This document shows, piece by piece, positions 61,597-64,000 of a DNA stretch of 64,000 bases. The number at the start of each line of letters is the position of its first letter. The stretch's first letter is position 1. The stretch is from Candidatus Bathyarchaeota archaeon (GTDB taxonomy: Archaea; Thermoproteota; Bathyarchaeia; Bathyarchaeales; Bathycorpusculaceae): positions 1 to 64,000 of the forward strand of contig CAWGZR010000004.1 in NCBI GenBank assembly GCA_963827165.1, written 5' to 3'. The position numbers and the translations under genes were made by a program. The notes under the pieces were generated by a model. That model did no database searches and was not told the origin of the DNA. It was given only the letters and a program-made list of their open reading frames with translations.

Positions 61597-61830
61597 TTGG
61601 AAGTGGAGATTAAGGCTGTTGACGAACAGGGACGTATCATATTGCCGAAGGTCTGGCGTGAAAAATATCTCAAAAACAAGAAAGCTATCGTCTCAGCTAA
61701 AGGTGACACTCTCGAAATTAAACCTTTTTCCGCAATTGACCTCACCGAATACTTCGACAAAATGGATGTAGACCTAAAGGCAGACCTCTCAGACTGGCAC
61801 AAAGTCCGCAAAGAATTAAGGGGCAAATAA
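61597..61830 (+). CDS. AbrB/MazE family antitoxin
   Basis: VDEQGRIILPK.WR. Confidence 0.9.
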   Translation: MEVEIKAVDEQGRIILPKVWREKYLKNKKAIVSAKGDTLEIKPFSAIDLTEYFDKMDVDLKADLSDWHKVRKELRGK

Positions 61831-61831
61831 A

Positions 61832-62257
61832 GTGTCCCAAGCCTACGTTGATGCTAATGTATTCGTTTATGCCTTTCTAAAAACCAAAAGGCCACTACAG
61901 CCGAATGAGTTAGAAATAAAGCAAGCAGCCAAAAATATTGTCGCAAGAATCAGCAAAGGAGAAAAAGTAATCACATCTGTTGTTCACTTCAGCGAAGTCT
62001 GCAACGTTTTAGAGGATCATCTCTCGTTTGAAGAAGCGATTCTCTTAGAAAAGGGGTTGCTGTACCGAGAAAACGTTTCAATCTGTGAAGTAGTCCATGA
62101 GGATTACATCAAAGCCGTATCAATAGCAGAAGAACATAATGTGGGCGTTAACGATGCGTTGGCTTATGTACTCATGAAAGAACAAGCCATAGAGATAATC
62201 TACTCCTTTGACAAAGACCTTGACACCTTCATTGATATCAAACGAGTAATCAAATAA
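61832..62257 (+). CDS. vapC: VapC PIN-domain toxin
   Basis: YVDANVF, HFSEV, VNDALA, IYSFDKD. Confidence 0.9.
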   Translation: MSQAYVDANVFVYAFLKTKRPLQPNELEIKQAAKNIVARISKGEKVITSVVHFSEVCNVLEDHLSFEEAILLEKGLLYRENVSICEVVHEDYIKAVSIAEEHNVGVNDALAYVLMKEQAIEIIYSFDKDLDTFIDIKRVIK

Positions 62258-62581
62258 ACATTTTACCTCTTCTGCAAGAAAGCTTGACTTGCACTCAAAA
62301 GATCGGGGTCATATTTCCAAGTTCGCCAAAACATGTTTTCCGTTAAAAGAATAGGAGCCCAAAATCGAAGTTTTAGCGTTAAGGGTTTGCTGAGGCTCTG
62401 GAAACTAAGGAAGAAAAGTTCTTTTCTTTAGGAGAAAAAGAAAAATGCAAACTCTTCAATTGCAGCTATTTTGAATGTAACCAGAGCCTTCTCAGCGCCC
62501 ATTCTTTTCATATCTCCATTTTTTCATGTTTCAAAGGATCAAAAAAAGGGAAAAGGGAATTGTAGTTTTGGTTTTTGTCGT

Positions 62582-64000
62582 TTACGGGTGTTTTCTTGTG
62601 ACGAGCATTGCGAGAACTGCGCCGATGACAATTATGATAATGGCGATGGCGGCAATTCCGTATTCGACTGTGGTGTTTGAAGCTAAGCCCGTGAGCGGTG
62701 TTGCTGTTGGTGCTGTAGTGGTTGCAGGGCTAGCATAGAAGGCGGCGTTCGCAGATGATCCATAGTATCCTGATGTGCCTGCGAAAACCGCGTTGACTGT
62801 GAAGTTGCCTGCTATGTCTGGTGTCCATGTGAGGCTGTAGAATCCGTTTGCGTTGCTTGTGGTTGTTCCGATGGCTCGGGTGTTGTGGTTGGAGTCGGTG
62901 ACCATGATGGTGACTGGGACACCTGTAATGTTGTTGGGCATCGGCTGCTGCTGATAAACTGCTTCCATAAATTGGCTCATGCTTGCGTCAGAAACCGCTG
63001 GAAGCCCATTTGGAAAGTTCATGGCGACTGCGTTTTGTTGTGAGCCAGCAGAGATATCTGTGACAGTTCCCGTAATGGTTATGGGAGTTGCGGTGGTAAC
63101 CCCAACGTCAGGAGCAGTGACGGTTGTTCTGGTCGGCCCTGTGCCATAACAGTATATTTGATTGTCATAGCCATTGTCCCAAACCATATAACCGTCGTCG
63201 AGACCAGCAGTGCCGGTTACAGCGTAATCCAATGTTTCGAAGATTTCTTTGCCTGTTGTAGCATTTAGGCAGTAGAGCTCTGCACCTTGGAATACTGGTG
63301 GCGTGTAGTCGTGGCCAGCCGCGATGTACAATTTGCCGTCTGCAAGAATGTTGTTTCCATTGAAAGTTCCTAGAGGAAATGAGCCATAAGGTGTGTCATA
63401 GCCTGCGCTTCCCGCACTCCATGTCCATTCAAGCTGGCCTGTTGTATCGTTGTAGCAATAGACATCGCCGCTTAAGCCCCAAGAGTATAAGTTGCCATAT
63501 CCAATAACGCCCTGGCCGATCTGGAAGTAGTTCCATGAGCTATTCTCCGTCTCAGAGAAAGATGAAGCCCAAAGGAGTTTGCCGGTCGAAAGGTCATAAC
63601 CTTTCCATAACCCTGTTTCAGTAGTAAGTTCAAAGTATTTTCCATCTCCTAATTTTATGTCCTCTGTAGTGTAAGGTGTCATCGTTCGGTTATATGGGCC
63701 CCAGAGCAGTTGACCTGTTGTGGCGTTGTATCCTGCGTCGATTCTATAGTTTGATGCGCCTTGAGCTAGTCCTTGCCCGAATTCTGTAGATAAAGGCTGA
63801 GCTGTTACAAGAGCTATTCCATTGTCGATTCCTGTTAGACTTTGGGGATCAGTTATGGGAACACCGCTAACAGTCTGTGCAAGTTGTGCACTCCAATTAT
63901 TTCCCAAACTCCAGTCGATAGTTGCTCCTTGAGGTGGACGCCAAATTTGTGCAGCACTGTATGTAAAATAGATATTGTTAGCTTGCGAGGCTTTTTGTAT
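62582..64000 (-). CDS. PQQ-binding-like beta-propeller surface protein (5' end probably beyond window)
   Basis: TG.L.W repeats; FPNG.P..SD..M...M..VYQQQPMP.N.TGVPVT shared with 55961..57025; TM + RKHP. Confidence 0.85.
   Translation of the reverse strand: MQKASQANNIYFTYSAAQIWRPPQGATIDWSLGNNWSAQLAQTVSGVPITDPQSLTGIDNGIALVTAQPLSTEFGQGLAQGASNYRIDAGYNATTGQLLWGPYNRTMTPYTTEDIKLGDGKYFELTTETGLWKGYDLSTGKLLWASSFSETENSSWNYFQIGQGVIGYGNLYSWGLSGDVYCYNDTTGQLEWTWSAGSAGYDTPYGSFPLGTFNGNNILADGKLYIAAGHDYTPPVFQGAELYCLNATTGKEIFETLDYAVTGTAGLDDGYMVWDNGYDNQIYCYGTGPTRTTVTAPDVGVTTATPITITGTVTDISAGSQQNAVAMNFPNGLPAVSDASMSQFMEAVYQQQPMPNNITGVPVTIMVTDSNHNTRAIGTTTSNANGFYSLTWTPDIAGNFTVNAVFAGTSGYYGSSANAAFYASPATTTAPTATPLTGLASNTTVEYGIAAIAIIIIVIGAVLAMLVTRKHP

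Overview
Archaeal chromosomal window, most likely Bathyarchaeia. This is inferred from the archaeal-type PyrH, NurA/HerA, TrmB, archaeal VapBC pairs, expanded PQQ-like beta-propeller surface proteins and TATA-type promoters. 1-23.9 kb is mostly intact: pyrH, a PadR regulator with an operator array, four ABC exporter pairs, a Nudix hydrolase, a nurA-herA pair with a divergent wHTH gene, small metal/redox proteins, and a 1454-aa Cas4/RecB-like nuclease fused to an SF1 helicase. About 24-53 kb is a more AT-rich, decaying accessory island. It opens with a virus-like block (HTH gene, frameshifted ParB-ABC ATPase-GNAT fusion, PD-(D/E)XK nuclease) and then carries a dense set of toxin-antitoxin loci. 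The whole window has 8 complete vapBC pairs (7 in the island plus one at 61.6 kb) and about 5 remnants. The TA loci are mixed with glycan/surface genes and scraps of unrelated gene 3' ends. The main unexplained signal is a dispersed composite non-coding repeat of up to about 400 bp. It consists of a bulged hairpin, a dif-like site (GCACCTAA-N6-TTAGGCAC), a TACATATG-N3-CATATGTA palindrome and a conserved tail. Full or partial copies lie between, and directly bracket, TA modules. This suggests a Xer/dif- or HUH-driven TA cassette array; no recombinase is visible in the window. 53-64 kb holds TrmB, two PQQ-like beta-propeller paralogs, an arylsulfotransferase with a nonsense codon, and other surface proteins. 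No rRNA, tRNA or CRISPR array was seen. All family calls come from motif recognition by eye, not database searches.
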